64,000 nt of DNA from Candidatus Latescibacterota bacterium (GTDB lineage: Bacteria; Latescibacterota; UBA2968; GCA-2709665), in the NCBI GenBank assembly GCA_963662665.2, contig CAXXJS010000008.1, positions 20,551 through 84,550 on the forward strand. The letters run 5' to 3'. Below are positions 22,813 through 31,882 of the stretch, in pieces; position 1 is the stretch's first letter; each line of letters opens with the position of its first letter. Under the pieces are notes generated by a model. The model had not been told where the DNA came from. It was given only the letters and a program-made list of their open reading frames with translations, and ran no database searches. Position numbers and translations under genes: made by a program.

Positions 22813-22957
22813 CTATGCTCAGAATGGAGGGCAGGTTTACGACGCGTCCAATGGCATCACTCCCCCCTTGAGGGGGAGTCGCAGAAACCCGAGCCGATCC
22901 CTGAACTCGCGTCTTGAGCCTGCGGTCGTTGAGCTTGTCGAAACGACTCGTTGGTTG
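22813..22957 (+). repeat. Repeat family A, partial copy
   Basis: TCACTCCCCCTTGAGGGGGAGTCGCAGAA core with a GAGCTTGTCGAA REP-like unit. Confidence 0.65.
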
Positions 22958-23004
22958 TATTTCGGCTATCGATTTCAGTGTAATTACTTGAGGGAGACAT
23001 ATCC

Positions 23005-25539
23005 GTGAACGATCAGTGTTTACTCCAAAATAGCGCCCTTTCCCTGAAGTGGGAGGACGGGAATCTCCAGGTCGAAAATCGACGATCGGGTCTCCGCCAC
23101 ACGTTTGACTCTCCGGCATTCATGCTCCGGCTGGGTGAAGTGGAGATTCACGCGGACCGTTTCGTTCAGACCGGCATGCAGGCCGGTACCGACGAGGTGG
23201 TGTTCGACTTTCTGCATGAAGCAACGGACATCCGGGTGCGCGTACGGTATTGGATCGAAGGAGAAGATCCATGGTTCAGGAAGCGGTTGACGCTCGAAGC
23301 GCCGGACAGTCCGAGCGCGCCGACCCCGGACAGACTCTGGGTGGACATTCAGGAAAGGCCTCCACGGCCAATCAGAAGGGTCGGATACGGCGTCCGCGGC
23401 GGACCCGACGCGGAAGAACAGACCGGGCTGAACTCATACGCCCCGCCGGTGCCGGGTTGCGGGTATCCGGTTTGGGCGGGTGACTGGTTCGCCGGTCTGG
23501 AACATCCTGTGGGGTTTGCGGTACCGGGAGACCGGCTGGAGCTCTTCCACCATCCGGTGTGGGACGATGAACGGCGCATTGAAAGCTACACCGCGGTCTT
23601 CGGCGCAGCGGAGAGTCACAACACGGTGCGGGACGCGTTTATGGACTATCTGTGGCAGATCCGCCTGCCCCGGCTGTCGAAGCCGATTTTCCATCTTTCC
23701 GTGGGATGGTCTGTACGTTATCTGGGCAACCGGGAGTATATCGACTCGTTCGAAATGAACCAGGCGTATGCCGAGGCGGTATTGGAGCTCGGGCTGAAGC
23801 CGGATTCGCTGGCGTTTGACGCGGGCTGGTTCGACAGGAAGACCATTTACCGGCACAAGGGCGACGATGAGGAGGATTCGCGGCTCATCGCGTTTGCGGA
23901 AGACTTGAAACAGAAGGGATTTTCGCTGGCGTTGTGGGTGACACACAACGGTCCGGTGGGTTTCGACACCGATTGGATTCAGGAACAGGGATGGCGGGTT
24001 GGCGAGGGACCCGGCTCCTACGGAAGCGGGACCTTTGTGGTCATGGCGCAGCCGTCCTTCGAAGAGGCCGTGGCGCGGCGCTGGGAGCGGCTGGTGAGGG
24101 ACGTGGGGACGGTGCATCTGAAGATCGATTGGGACAACGAGTGCGCCACCCATCCGGATTTTCAGGACCGTTTCCCGTCGCCCCATCACATGCGCGAGGC
24201 CTCGATCAACGCGTTCAACCGGATCGACCGCCGGCTGCGGGCTGTCAATCCCAGGCTGGTGACACGGAACGGATGGTGGCCCAGCCCATGGTGGCTGTGC
24301 CTGGCGAACCACACCTGGCTGATACATTCCGGAGACTGCGAATACGCGTCCTGGCCGGCTCGCACCCAGCGCGACCGGGCCCTGACGCATCGGGACACGG
24401 TTTATTATCAGATCATGCGCCGGGCGGAAACGCCCATCTATTTCGATGCGTATGATAATCACGAATTCGTGCAGGCACTGACGAATGCGTTCGGAGACCC
24501 GGACCATACGTGGTTGGACAACCTGGTGCTGGCGGCCTGCCGCGGCACCACCTATATGCCGATGCCGATCAATCCCGAGAGCCTCAGGGCGAACCGGGCG
24601 GAGCAACTGCAGGCGATGATGGACTGGATGCGTTTCAACGCGGACGAACTGGGCACGAAGGAGACGCGGATGGTGCTGGGGAATCCGGCCTTCGGAAAGA
24701 TTTACGGTTTCCTGCATCCTTCGGACGGAAGCGCGTGGCTCCTGCTCCGAAATCCTTCCATTGAACCTCAGGTTGTGGATCCTGGAGAGGACTTTGGATT
24801 GGGATACGCGCCTGGAACCGTTCGACAGGTCCATCCGTTCTGGGAGGACCTGAACGGGTCGGTGAGGTTGTTGGGGAATGAAGTCCGCTTGCTGAAGATT
24901 TACGCCGATGGACAGGAGGACGTCTCTCCCATACCCGGCGTTCCGTTCATGGCGCGGCTGTGCGATGGGGGATGTGAATACCTGTTTCCAGGGGACCGGC
25001 GGCTTACGGAAGACGTTGGTCCCTCGGTGCATCCGGATATGCAGATCCCCGGTCTCTCCGCCGAGACGACCTGCGACGAATTGAATGACGGTTCCCGCAG
25101 GATGCAGTGGTACGTCGCGGTGCCGCACCGGTTCGAGCGACCGGAACTGCAGGTTGTCCTTCTCGGGCCGGAGGAAGTGCTGGATGGCGTGGAAGTCCGC
25201 GCCGGCGGGTCGCGGTACAAGGGCGTGCCGGCGCGATACGCGTATATGACCCAGCGCATCCACCGGCAGGGCCGAAGCAGCCACGGCTCTTCGAGGTTCC
25301 TGCCCCCCGTGGGACCGAGGGAACGTGACGACTATCTTTTCAACATTCACGACAGCGGATGGGCCTCGGTAACGGTGGATATCACGGGCGACGATCTGGA
25401 TGCACTGACGGTAAAGGCCTGGATCGCCGGATACGAGGCGCCCGCCAGACAGACGATTGTCCGGGACGCGCCGCCGATGCCCGGCCCCCTGCTTCCGGTA
25501 CATCCGTACGGATTTTCCAGATGTCTCGAGATCAGGTGA
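23005..25539 (+). CDS. Hypothetical protein with GH36/alpha-galactosidase-like TIM-barrel motifs
   Basis: FDAGWF, LALWV and HLKIDWD resemble clan GH-D motifs. Confidence 0.6.
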   Translation: MNDQCLLQNSALSLKWEDGNLQVENRRSGLRHTFDSPAFMLRLGEVEIHADRFVQTGMQAGTDEVVFDFLHEATDIRVRVRYWIEGEDPWFRKRLTLEAPDSPSAPTPDRLWVDIQERPPRPIRRVGYGVRGGPDAEEQTGLNSYAPPVPGCGYPVWAGDWFAGLEHPVGFAVPGDRLELFHHPVWDDERRIESYTAVFGAAESHNTVRDAFMDYLWQIRLPRLSKPIFHLSVGWSVRYLGNREYIDSFEMNQAYAEAVLELGLKPDSLAFDAGWFDRKTIYRHKGDDEEDSRLIAFAEDLKQKGFSLALWVTHNGPVGFDTDWIQEQGWRVGEGPGSYGSGTFVVMAQPSFEEAVARRWERLVRDVGTVHLKIDWDNECATHPDFQDRFPSPHHMREASINAFNRIDRRLRAVNPRLVTRNGWWPSPWWLCLANHTWLIHSGDCEYASWPARTQRDRALTHRDTVYYQIMRRAETPIYFDAYDNHEFVQALTNAFGDPDHTWLDNLVLAACRGTTYMPMPINPESLRANRAEQLQAMMDWMRFNADELGTKETRMVLGNPAFGKIYGFLHPSDGSAWLLLRNPSIEPQVVDPGEDFGLGYAPGTVRQVHPFWEDLNGSVRLLGNEVRLLKIYADGQEDVSPIPGVPFMARLCDGGCEYLFPGDRRLTEDVGPSVHPDMQIPGLSAETTCDELNDGSRRMQWYVAVPHRFERPELQVVLLGPEEVLDGVEVRAGGSRYKGVPARYAYMTQRIHRQGRSSHGSSRFLPPVGPRERDDYLFNIHDSGWASVTVDITGDDLDALTVKAWIAGYEAPARQTIVRDAPPMPGPLLPVHPYGFSRCLEIR

Positions 25540-25590
25540 CCGGGCGGTCCCGAACAAGCTGCGATCGCCCTTCTGAAAGGAGTTTGTGAG

Positions 25591-26469
25591 ATGGCGCTGA
25601 GGCACGATGCCGAACAAAACGTCTGGCACTTTGAAACGGAGCAGATGGCGGGACACATTCAGCCGGACGGAGACCGGCATGGGATCAAGGAGTTGACACA
25701 CAAACCCACGGGTGCGCAGATTGTACACCCGAAGTACGACCTCCTGAATCTGTTCTTCATGTTTTCGCAGAATCACTGCATGGGGCAGGCGCGCGAGAAC
25801 GAGCGCACGATTACGGCCGAAGGCAATGCAATCGACGTGCACTGGGCGCCAACGGACGATCACAAGGCGGAGATGACAGCCAGGTACGAGGTTGTGGAAC
25901 CCAATGCGGTGGACCTGTCGATTACCGTGGCGTCCGACTGGCCGTATCCGGCTTATGAAGTGTTCCTGTCGAACTACTTCGATCTGTCGCTGCGGCCGTA
26001 CGTGTACGTTCAGGGCAGCCCGTTCGATATCCCGGCAGACGAGGCGCGCTGGATCGCGCCGGAGGTGAACGACGTGTTTGTGGGAACGGGACTGGTCTTC
26101 TCCAGGGACCAGCACGCGGCCAGGCGGTCCACCGACGGGCGATGGGACCGGATCTGGGGCCTCTACCAATGGAATCCCCAACGCTATTTCGAGTTGCCGG
26201 TGATTATAAGCGCCAACCTGGAAGAGGGGGTCGCCGGGGTACTGATGTCCAGACCCCGGGACTGTTACGCGGTGATCTGCGGGTACGAGAGTGAGAACAT
26301 GAAGGACCCGTTCAAGGACCAGAACCCGCTTTACCTTTCTTTGTTTGGGGATGACTTCCGCGTTGGGGATGAACGCACCGTGGAGGTGCGGTTCGCCGTC
26401 ACCGAAATCGACGCGTCGATGACGCAACCGCTGGCGCTGTACGAAACGTTTATGGCGGAGAAGGGGTAG
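25591..26469 (+). CDS. Hypothetical protein (beta-rich)
   Basis: AAGGAG RBS and codon usage consistent with neighbouring genes. Confidence 0.7.
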   Translation: MALRHDAEQNVWHFETEQMAGHIQPDGDRHGIKELTHKPTGAQIVHPKYDLLNLFFMFSQNHCMGQARENERTITAEGNAIDVHWAPTDDHKAEMTARYEVVEPNAVDLSITVASDWPYPAYEVFLSNYFDLSLRPYVYVQGSPFDIPADEARWIAPEVNDVFVGTGLVFSRDQHAARRSTDGRWDRIWGLYQWNPQRYFELPVIISANLEEGVAGVLMSRPRDCYAVICGYESENMKDPFKDQNPLYLSLFGDDFRVGDERTVEVRFAVTEIDASMTQPLALYETFMAEKG

Positions 26470-26625
26470 GCGCGCACGCGCAGCCCGACGTCGCTTGATC
26501 CCGTAGCGCGAACTGGTCGTTCGCGGCACCATCGGTGGGCCGTTCCCACTAACGTACCAAGCGAACCTCGATGGCCGGAGGGATAGGTCGCGGAAAAGCG
26601 GGGAGACGGTAGATAAAAAACCCGA

Positions 26626-26761
26626 AAGCGGGGAGCGGGGAGCGGGGGGACGGTAGATGACGTCTTTGCCTGATTGGTTCTTCCTTTTATGCCTCCGGCA
26701 AAAATGTAACCGCACGGGGCAGGCCATCTCTCCCGTCTACCCTCTCACGTCTCACCGCCTT
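26626..26761 (-). repeat. Repeat family B, copy 3
   Basis: ATTGGTTCTTCCTTTTATGCCTCCGGCA core is the reverse complement of copy 1; additional half-units at 26596-26625 and 26833-26860. Confidence 0.65.
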
Positions 26762-26895
26762 ATGGAGAGGTCCCGCCCATATCGATGATAGACTTCGCCA
26801 TGCCATAACGATATCCTGTAGATGCGGTGACATCATCTCCCGTCTTACGTCTCACCGCTTCTAAGGGGCCGGGGGGAGAGGTCCGGGCACCTGAA

Positions 26896-27666
26896 TCAAG
26901 GCATCCAGATATTCCACTTGCCGTATTTTTCCCAGATGCGGCAGGTGTCGCAGGTGCACATCCACCGGAGCGCGAAACGCGGTTTATTGCCTGTATTGAG
27001 AGACCCGGCGTGTACGAGCAGGTAATGAAAAAACAGGACGTCGCCCCGGGACGGCTTCAGCTCAACCGGTTCTCGAAGATTGAACTTCTGTTGCGGGTTC
27101 TTTAAATCCGGCAGCACGCGATACCTGTCGGGGTCATTCACCGCCGCCTCGCCGAGCGTCCGATGCGAGCCCGGCCAGACCGTGGTTCCGCCGCCCTGTG
27201 CAACACCCGTATCCAGATAGGTCAGCGACGAAACCCGGAATGACCCTGGAAAGACGCTGAAGGGTCGATGAACGCCATCGGCATGCCCGCTGTGGTGATT
27301 CCAATCTCCGGAGACCGGAAATACACTGCGTGTCCACACTGCCTGAGGCTGTGGTTTCTGACAATGAAACGCCTCTGCATTCTTCCGGACAAGCTGGCTC
27401 TGCGCATCGCAAAACGCGGGTGTACAACAAGCAAGCAAAGCGGGGTCCTGGAGCCCGAAATGTTCAATCACCCCCTGGCTGGCCACCGTCGTTACGCCGT
27501 CGGCATCGTCCGGTAAAGGAGACCAGGACGCAAGATCGTCCCGGTCCATCCCCAGGACGGACCACATCGCTGCCTCCGCCTGGGCAATCGTCGCTTCCGG
27601 AATCAACCCGGACACCAGCACGAACCCGTTCCGGTCATATTGCGCCATCTGATCCTGCGAAAGCAT
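26896..27666 (-). CDS. Phytanoyl-CoA dioxygenase (PhyH) family protein
   Basis: Y..NGFV, HAD, GGTTVWPGSH, GDVLFFH..LVHAG..N..R. Confidence 0.88.
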   Translation of the reverse strand: MLSQDQMAQYDRNGFVLVSGLIPEATIAQAEAAMWSVLGMDRDDLASWSPLPDDADGVTTVASQGVIEHFGLQDPALLACCTPAFCDAQSQLVRKNAEAFHCQKPQPQAVWTRSVFPVSGDWNHHSGHADGVHRPFSVFPGSFRVSSLTYLDTGVAQGGGTTVWPGSHRTLGEAAVNDPDRYRVLPDLKNPQQKFNLREPVELKPSRGDVLFFHYLLVHAGSLNTGNKPRFALRWMCTCDTCRIWEKYGKWNIWMP

Positions 27667-28011
27667 AGATGTCTCCTGGTTGGATTGAATTAGTTATCTC
27701 AAAAATAAAGCACCGACATCCGTAATATGCAATTCGCTGAAAGCGTACGCAAGGAGCCAGAAGGGTCCCTAAAGGATGAACTTTCATCGTGCGGTAACGC
27801 TCGGTAGTTTCATCGGAGAGCACACAGGTGACTGCTGTTCCCTTCAGACTTTGGCGAATAGTCGAATAAGCCGAGAGACGCACATTGCGACGCGGTAAAG
27901 ACAATGGGCGGCGCCGTTCCTTGTGCAGAGCATTCAGGCCATCTGTCCTGAGGCTCCGGTGATGATGAAATACAATGGTGTGTCCCCAACGCAATGGGAT
28001 CTATAACCCTA

Positions 28012-28269
28012 GCGCGGCTTAGCTGTGCTCAGCCGCAACCAAACAGATGGCAATGATCGGGCGAGCCCGTTTGAAGGTTTAATCACTCCCCCCTTGAGGG
28101 GGAGTCGCAGAAGCCGATCCGATCCCTGAGCATGCGTTGCCCTGAGCCTGTCGAAGGGTCGAAGGGCCGGCGACGGCTGATGCGGTGGGGGACTTCAACG
28201 CCTTACCGTATGCAAACAGCATGATCAAACATCTACGCATCTTGCGTTGAAGGCTTACTGTAAGACTCT
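28012..28269 (+). repeat. Repeat family A (~250-bp composite palindromic element)
   Basis: GCGGCT..GCTCAGCCGCAACCAAA ... ACTCCCCCCTTGAGGGGGAGT ... GCCTTACCGTATGCAA; closely similar to the copies at 33628 and 40237. Confidence 0.8.
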
Positions 28270-28307
28270 AAAGACAAGAGTTTAGCATCGAAACTGAGGG
28301 AAAGATC

Positions 28308-28335
28308 TTGACTTTGTTCTCAACTCAGATACTAT
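28308..28335 (+). promoter_or_regulatory. Sigma70-like promoter
   Basis: TTGACT-16 nt-TACTAT. Confidence 0.45.
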
Positions 28336-28342
28336 TCTATTA

Positions 28343-28490
28343 GGGGAGAGTGCCCCCGAGCAAGGGCATAGAAGGTCATGCACTCAATGAGTTCGGCCAA
28401 ACTCATTACGGGCCCTCTATCCCCGAACACTCCCACAAATCCTTGTTGAGAATTGAAAAGCCCCGGTAGGCAATTTTACCGGGGCTTTTA
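28343..28490 (+). ncRNA. Candidate small structured RNA
   Basis: Nested stems (GGGAG.GTG/CACTCCC; ATAGAAGGTC/GGCCCTCTAT; AATGAGTT/AACTCATT) between a promoter-like sequence and a strong terminator; no convincing ORF. Confidence 0.45.
28456..28489. terminator. Bidirectional intrinsic terminator
   Basis: AAAAGCCCCGGTA...TACCGGGGCTTTT. Confidence 0.8.
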
Positions 28491-28749
28491 ATATAAATGT
28501 CATTTAAGTTTAGCGAGACTGCTAAATTATGGACTAATCCCAACCGCCCTTCGGCCTACGGGCGCGGGCTCATTGATGGAGGGGATGGATAGTTTGGTAT
28601 TACAGTCCGGTGGGGGGATGAATCCAGCAAATATCAGCCTGATGGATAGAGTTTTTTTAAAATGGATTTTAAATAACGCTTTTTTCATCATTTTTTTCTT
28701 GCATATAAAAGACTTTTTCGTTATCTTTAGCGTAGGAGGAAAAGACACT

Positions 28750-29112
28750 ATGAATGATCCTATTTCTGATGGCTTGAAAAAAGCGCATACCGAACTATTG
28801 AGAATCGCGGAGTTCCTAGAGAAGGTCGCCGAAGATCATAGGCAATTTGTGAAACTTCGGCAAGAAATGGAATTCCTTTTCAGCAATATGCAGGACGATC
28901 TATTCTACACCAAGCACAATTCAGTTTTTGAGGTGCTTCAAGAGCGGGTCTACGAAGTACTCAAACGTCAGCCAATGCCGCCTAAAGAAATTTATAGAGC
29001 CATCGACGGGGATAACCTACCTGTAGAGATCCGACAACTGCGAAACTGGCTGAGCCGGGAATTACGTAAAGGCAAGCTGACACGAAGGGATGGACATTAC
29101 ATGATTGCATAA
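28750..29112 (+). CDS. Small coiled-coil plus winged-HTH-like protein (120 aa)
   Basis: AGGAGG RBS; TTGCAT-17-TATCTT promoter-like sequence; C-terminal VYEVLK..PM.PKEIY...LRNWLSR..RKGKL.R..G.Y. Confidence 0.65.
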   Translation: MNDPISDGLKKAHTELLRIAEFLEKVAEDHRQFVKLRQEMEFLFSNMQDDLFYTKHNSVFEVLQERVYEVLKRQPMPPKEIYRAIDGDNLPVEIRQLRNWLSRELRKGKLTRRDGHYMIA

Positions 29113-29318
29113 AAAACCTCGGAGTATGAAGCACTTACCATATATTTAAAACGTGTCACAGGGTGGTGCCGTAAGGTCATGCGGCAATAGGTGGGAAATG
29201 AAGCTGGAAGGAACGCGGCAACGAGCCGTTAATACGGAGTAGAAACCAATCACGTAGGAAGGAGAAAACTAAATGATCTCGCTAATTTTCAGTTCCCTAT
29301 ATTCGAGGAGGCTATACA

Positions 29319-29426
29319 ATGGCCGACCAAAACAGCCAGAACCGCAAGTTGACGCTTGCGGTTCTGGCGAGTACGCTGACGGCTGTTTGGAAATTGATCG
29401 AAACAATCGTCAATACCCTGAAGTAA
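29319..29426 (+). CDS. 35-aa hydrophobic peptide, type I toxin-like
   Basis: GAGGAGG RBS; MADQNSQNRKLTLAVLASTLTAVWKLIETIVNTLK; followed by a terminator. Confidence 0.55.
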   Translation: MADQNSQNRKLTLAVLASTLTAVWKLIETIVNTLK

Positions 29427-29489
29427 TTAATATACGGTAATTTTTTCAATACCGAAAGGGTTTTCGCCTGTTCCATCCAGAAGTTGGGG

Positions 29490-29519
29490 ACCCGGAGTGT
29501 GAGAACACTCCGGGTTTTT
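29490..29519 (+). terminator. Intrinsic terminator
   Basis: ACCCGGAGTGT-GAGA-ACACTCCGGGT-TTTT (11-bp perfect stem). Confidence 0.8.
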
Positions 29520-29580
29520 AAATACACCACGGCCGGGGCTTTCAACGAGCACAGCCCAGGGATGAGACCCTGAACCGCAG

Positions 29581-29820
29581 TTAAATTGAAATTCCATATT
29601 CCGCAAGCTCTTTCTTAAGTTCAATCATTCGTAACCTTTTCTTTCGATTTTCATCTACAATTTCTGACAACTCCTCCCGTGTGGGCCAAGGTTTAAACTG
29701 ATCTATGTGAATACGAGTTTCGGGCAAGCCTTGTGCAATCAGGTTCCCCGCAAACCGCCCGTCCATCCAAGGCAACAGCGCCTCTCCGAATGGCGGATGC
29801 ACGGTCCTTTTAGTCAGCAT
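29581..29820 (-). CDS. Small hypothetical protein or gene remnant with coiled-coil C-terminus
   Basis: ORF ending EELSEIVDENRKKRLRMIELKKELAEYGISI; start uncertain. Confidence 0.35.
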   Translation of the reverse strand: MLTKRTVHPPFGEALLPWMDGRFAGNLIAQGLPETRIHIDQFKPWPTREELSEIVDENRKKRLRMIELKKELAEYGISI

Positions 29821-29926
29821 CAAGCGCGATTTGCTTATATTTGCATAGGGGACGATGTGTTTAGCCCGATCGGGATTCCAGTCAACAGACTTGTGCGACG
29901 GCCGCCGGCATAATACGATTAAGCTG

Positions 29927-31105
29927 ATGGACAACACGTTAAAGCACATGATTCGACGAAAACTTTCTAAAACGCTTGATACTTTAGCTGATGTCTGCCG
30001 GCAGGCTCAGCTCAGGGGTCTTCCAACGCGGCGGCGGTTTGCCAGATGGTTCGGCCCTCACTTGGCTCGGTACATTGAATACCGAAGCGCCGCGCCAGCC
30101 CGCGCCACGCTAAAGGTCAAAGGTCGTCAGACGCTTCTCATTGACTCTTCTGTTAATCATCACCGCCAGTTGACGAGTTTCGTAGGGTATTGGGAAGACT
30201 ATGAAGACGCGGAGAGCGGTAACTACTCGGCAATCCTGCGAACTCAGGAAGTAAGTAATAACAAAAACGTCTCGGACAGTAGAAATCCATGCTTCAGTAT
30301 CACGGAAAACCTAAAGTATCTTCCTGGGATCGCAACCCTGGCTAGGGAAGGACGAATAGGACTTTACACGTCATGGGAATTGAACTCTCCCTACGGGATC
30401 GAAAGCAAAAAGCGATGGAACCCAGATCCGGTTTGCGACGACATCTTTAGGGATGTAGTGATGGAGGTATTAGACAACTCCGATCCGTTCTGTTCTGAGC
30501 TGCCGGCTGGTCCGACTTTATTTCAAAGGGAGATGTACTGTAGCAACTGCGAGGAGTACCGCTACTTTGACCAAGTTAATCCAACGACCTGCCCCACTTG
30601 TAGTGGGCCTACAAGACTTGGAAGTGTCCAAAAGCGCATTGACAGACGCAAGAAGATGATATCTATGGAGCCACTGCCAAATATACCGGATAATCCAGAT
30701 TTGAAGCAACGGATTCAGAAGTTCCTGGATGCCGCGGAGTTGAATGCACGGTTGGTTGAATTGCTAGAGATATTCAATCCTAGGAAGGGTCACGACTGGG
30801 ATTACCTCCACCTGGCAACCGCCGAAGTTAACGAAATCGACGCATTCTTGACACTCGACAGAAAGTTCGTTAACCACATACGGAATACTATGAGAACCAA
30901 ACGCGGCGGTCCATCTGAGTTGCGCTGCGATGTCTTGACGCCCTACGAGTGGGCGAATAAATGGGGAGTGCTCCCGGTCGAAATCCCGGCAGTATTGGGT
31001 AAGATTGTTGGTCGAAGAAAATATGATCCCTACTGGACACCTCCTGACAATCCAAAGACGGAGGAGCAAGTGATGAAGAAGCTCAGGGGATATTGGCCTC
31101 CCTAA
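29927..31105 (+). CDS. PIN-domain-like protein with inserted zinc ribbon
   Basis: LLIDSSV, TSWEL and DYLHLATAEVNEIDAFLTLDRKF (PIN-type acidic motifs); CSNC...CPTC insert. Confidence 0.6.
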   Translation: MDNTLKHMIRRKLSKTLDTLADVCRQAQLRGLPTRRRFARWFGPHLARYIEYRSAAPARATLKVKGRQTLLIDSSVNHHRQLTSFVGYWEDYEDAESGNYSAILRTQEVSNNKNVSDSRNPCFSITENLKYLPGIATLAREGRIGLYTSWELNSPYGIESKKRWNPDPVCDDIFRDVVMEVLDNSDPFCSELPAGPTLFQREMYCSNCEEYRYFDQVNPTTCPTCSGPTRLGSVQKRIDRRKKMISMEPLPNIPDNPDLKQRIQKFLDAAELNARLVELLEIFNPRKGHDWDYLHLATAEVNEIDAFLTLDRKFVNHIRNTMRTKRGGPSELRCDVLTPYEWANKWGVLPVEIPAVLGKIVGRRKYDPYWTPPDNPKTEEQVMKKLRGYWPP

Positions 31106-31275
31106 CCGGGCTGGGAATATCGGCGGTTGCGGGTTATCGCTGATTGATGTGAAGAGTCGTTCTGGGATGCTCCGGACACCGTTGTATAAGGAACTCGGCA
31201 AGTTTCAGCCTAATGCGACTGCAATCGCGGACATTTTCGCTGGCCGCGGCGTCGAGTATACCAGTTCAGACCTCA

Positions 31276-31866
31276 CTACGTCAGCGAATCCAGGTGGTCG
31301 AGAATTTCACTCTGTTCGGGTAGATCAAACTGACTCGATCCGATGTACGTATATCTGATAATGCCGAGTTTATCAATGATAAACGTGGCCGGTCGGGCAA
31401 TGCTGTTGCTCAGACCGTGATCCGCCAAGCCGGTCCACCCGTGTACGGAACGGCCGGGATTGCCGAATATCGACGTCGCGGGGCGGACGATATAGTAAGC
31501 AAAGTTGTGCAACGCCAGGCCGAACCAGTGATGTACCCCGTAGCTCCTGATGGCGCTCCAGTCTCCGTCCGCCAAAAGGGGAAAGGTGATGCCGTTGCGT
31601 TCGGCGTATTCGCGCAGTTCGCAAAGCTGCTGCCCCGCACCGACAGCAATGATTGTCGCGTTACGCTCGGCGTAGGCGTCCAAATATTCCTGCACTGTCG
31701 CCAACTGACGACGGCTTCGCCGTCACCATGTCCCCCGAAAAAACGTCAGAACGACGTTCTCTTTTTCCCGATGCGATGCCAGTGACACGTCTCGTTGCAG
31801 GTGAGAGGGGAGGGTAAATAAAGGGGCCGTATCACCAACGTTGAGGATCTTGCTTTTTCGCGACAT
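31276..31866 (-). CDS. AhpC/TSA peroxiredoxin-like selenoprotein (in-frame TGA = Sec)
   Basis: MSRKSKILNVGDTAPLFTL...VVLTFFRGTW-TGA(31723-31725)-RRSRRQL...FPLLAD...ARPATFIIDK; SECIS-like hairpin GTCGTC-AGTT-GGCGAC follows the TGA. Confidence 0.78.
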
Positions 31867-31882
31867 TGTGTACTTTTCCTAA

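Noticed and set aside
23434-26727. 1097-aa minus-strand ORF
   Set aside because: Antisense to two plus-strand genes with good RBSs; composition is typical of a GC-rich shadow frame.
26580-26880. Clustered short repeats as a possible CRISPR array
   Set aside because: No constant repeat/spacer periodicity and no cas genes; they are family B arms.
27680-28005. Intergenic region as a possible riboswitch
   Set aside because: No recognisable riboswitch consensus.
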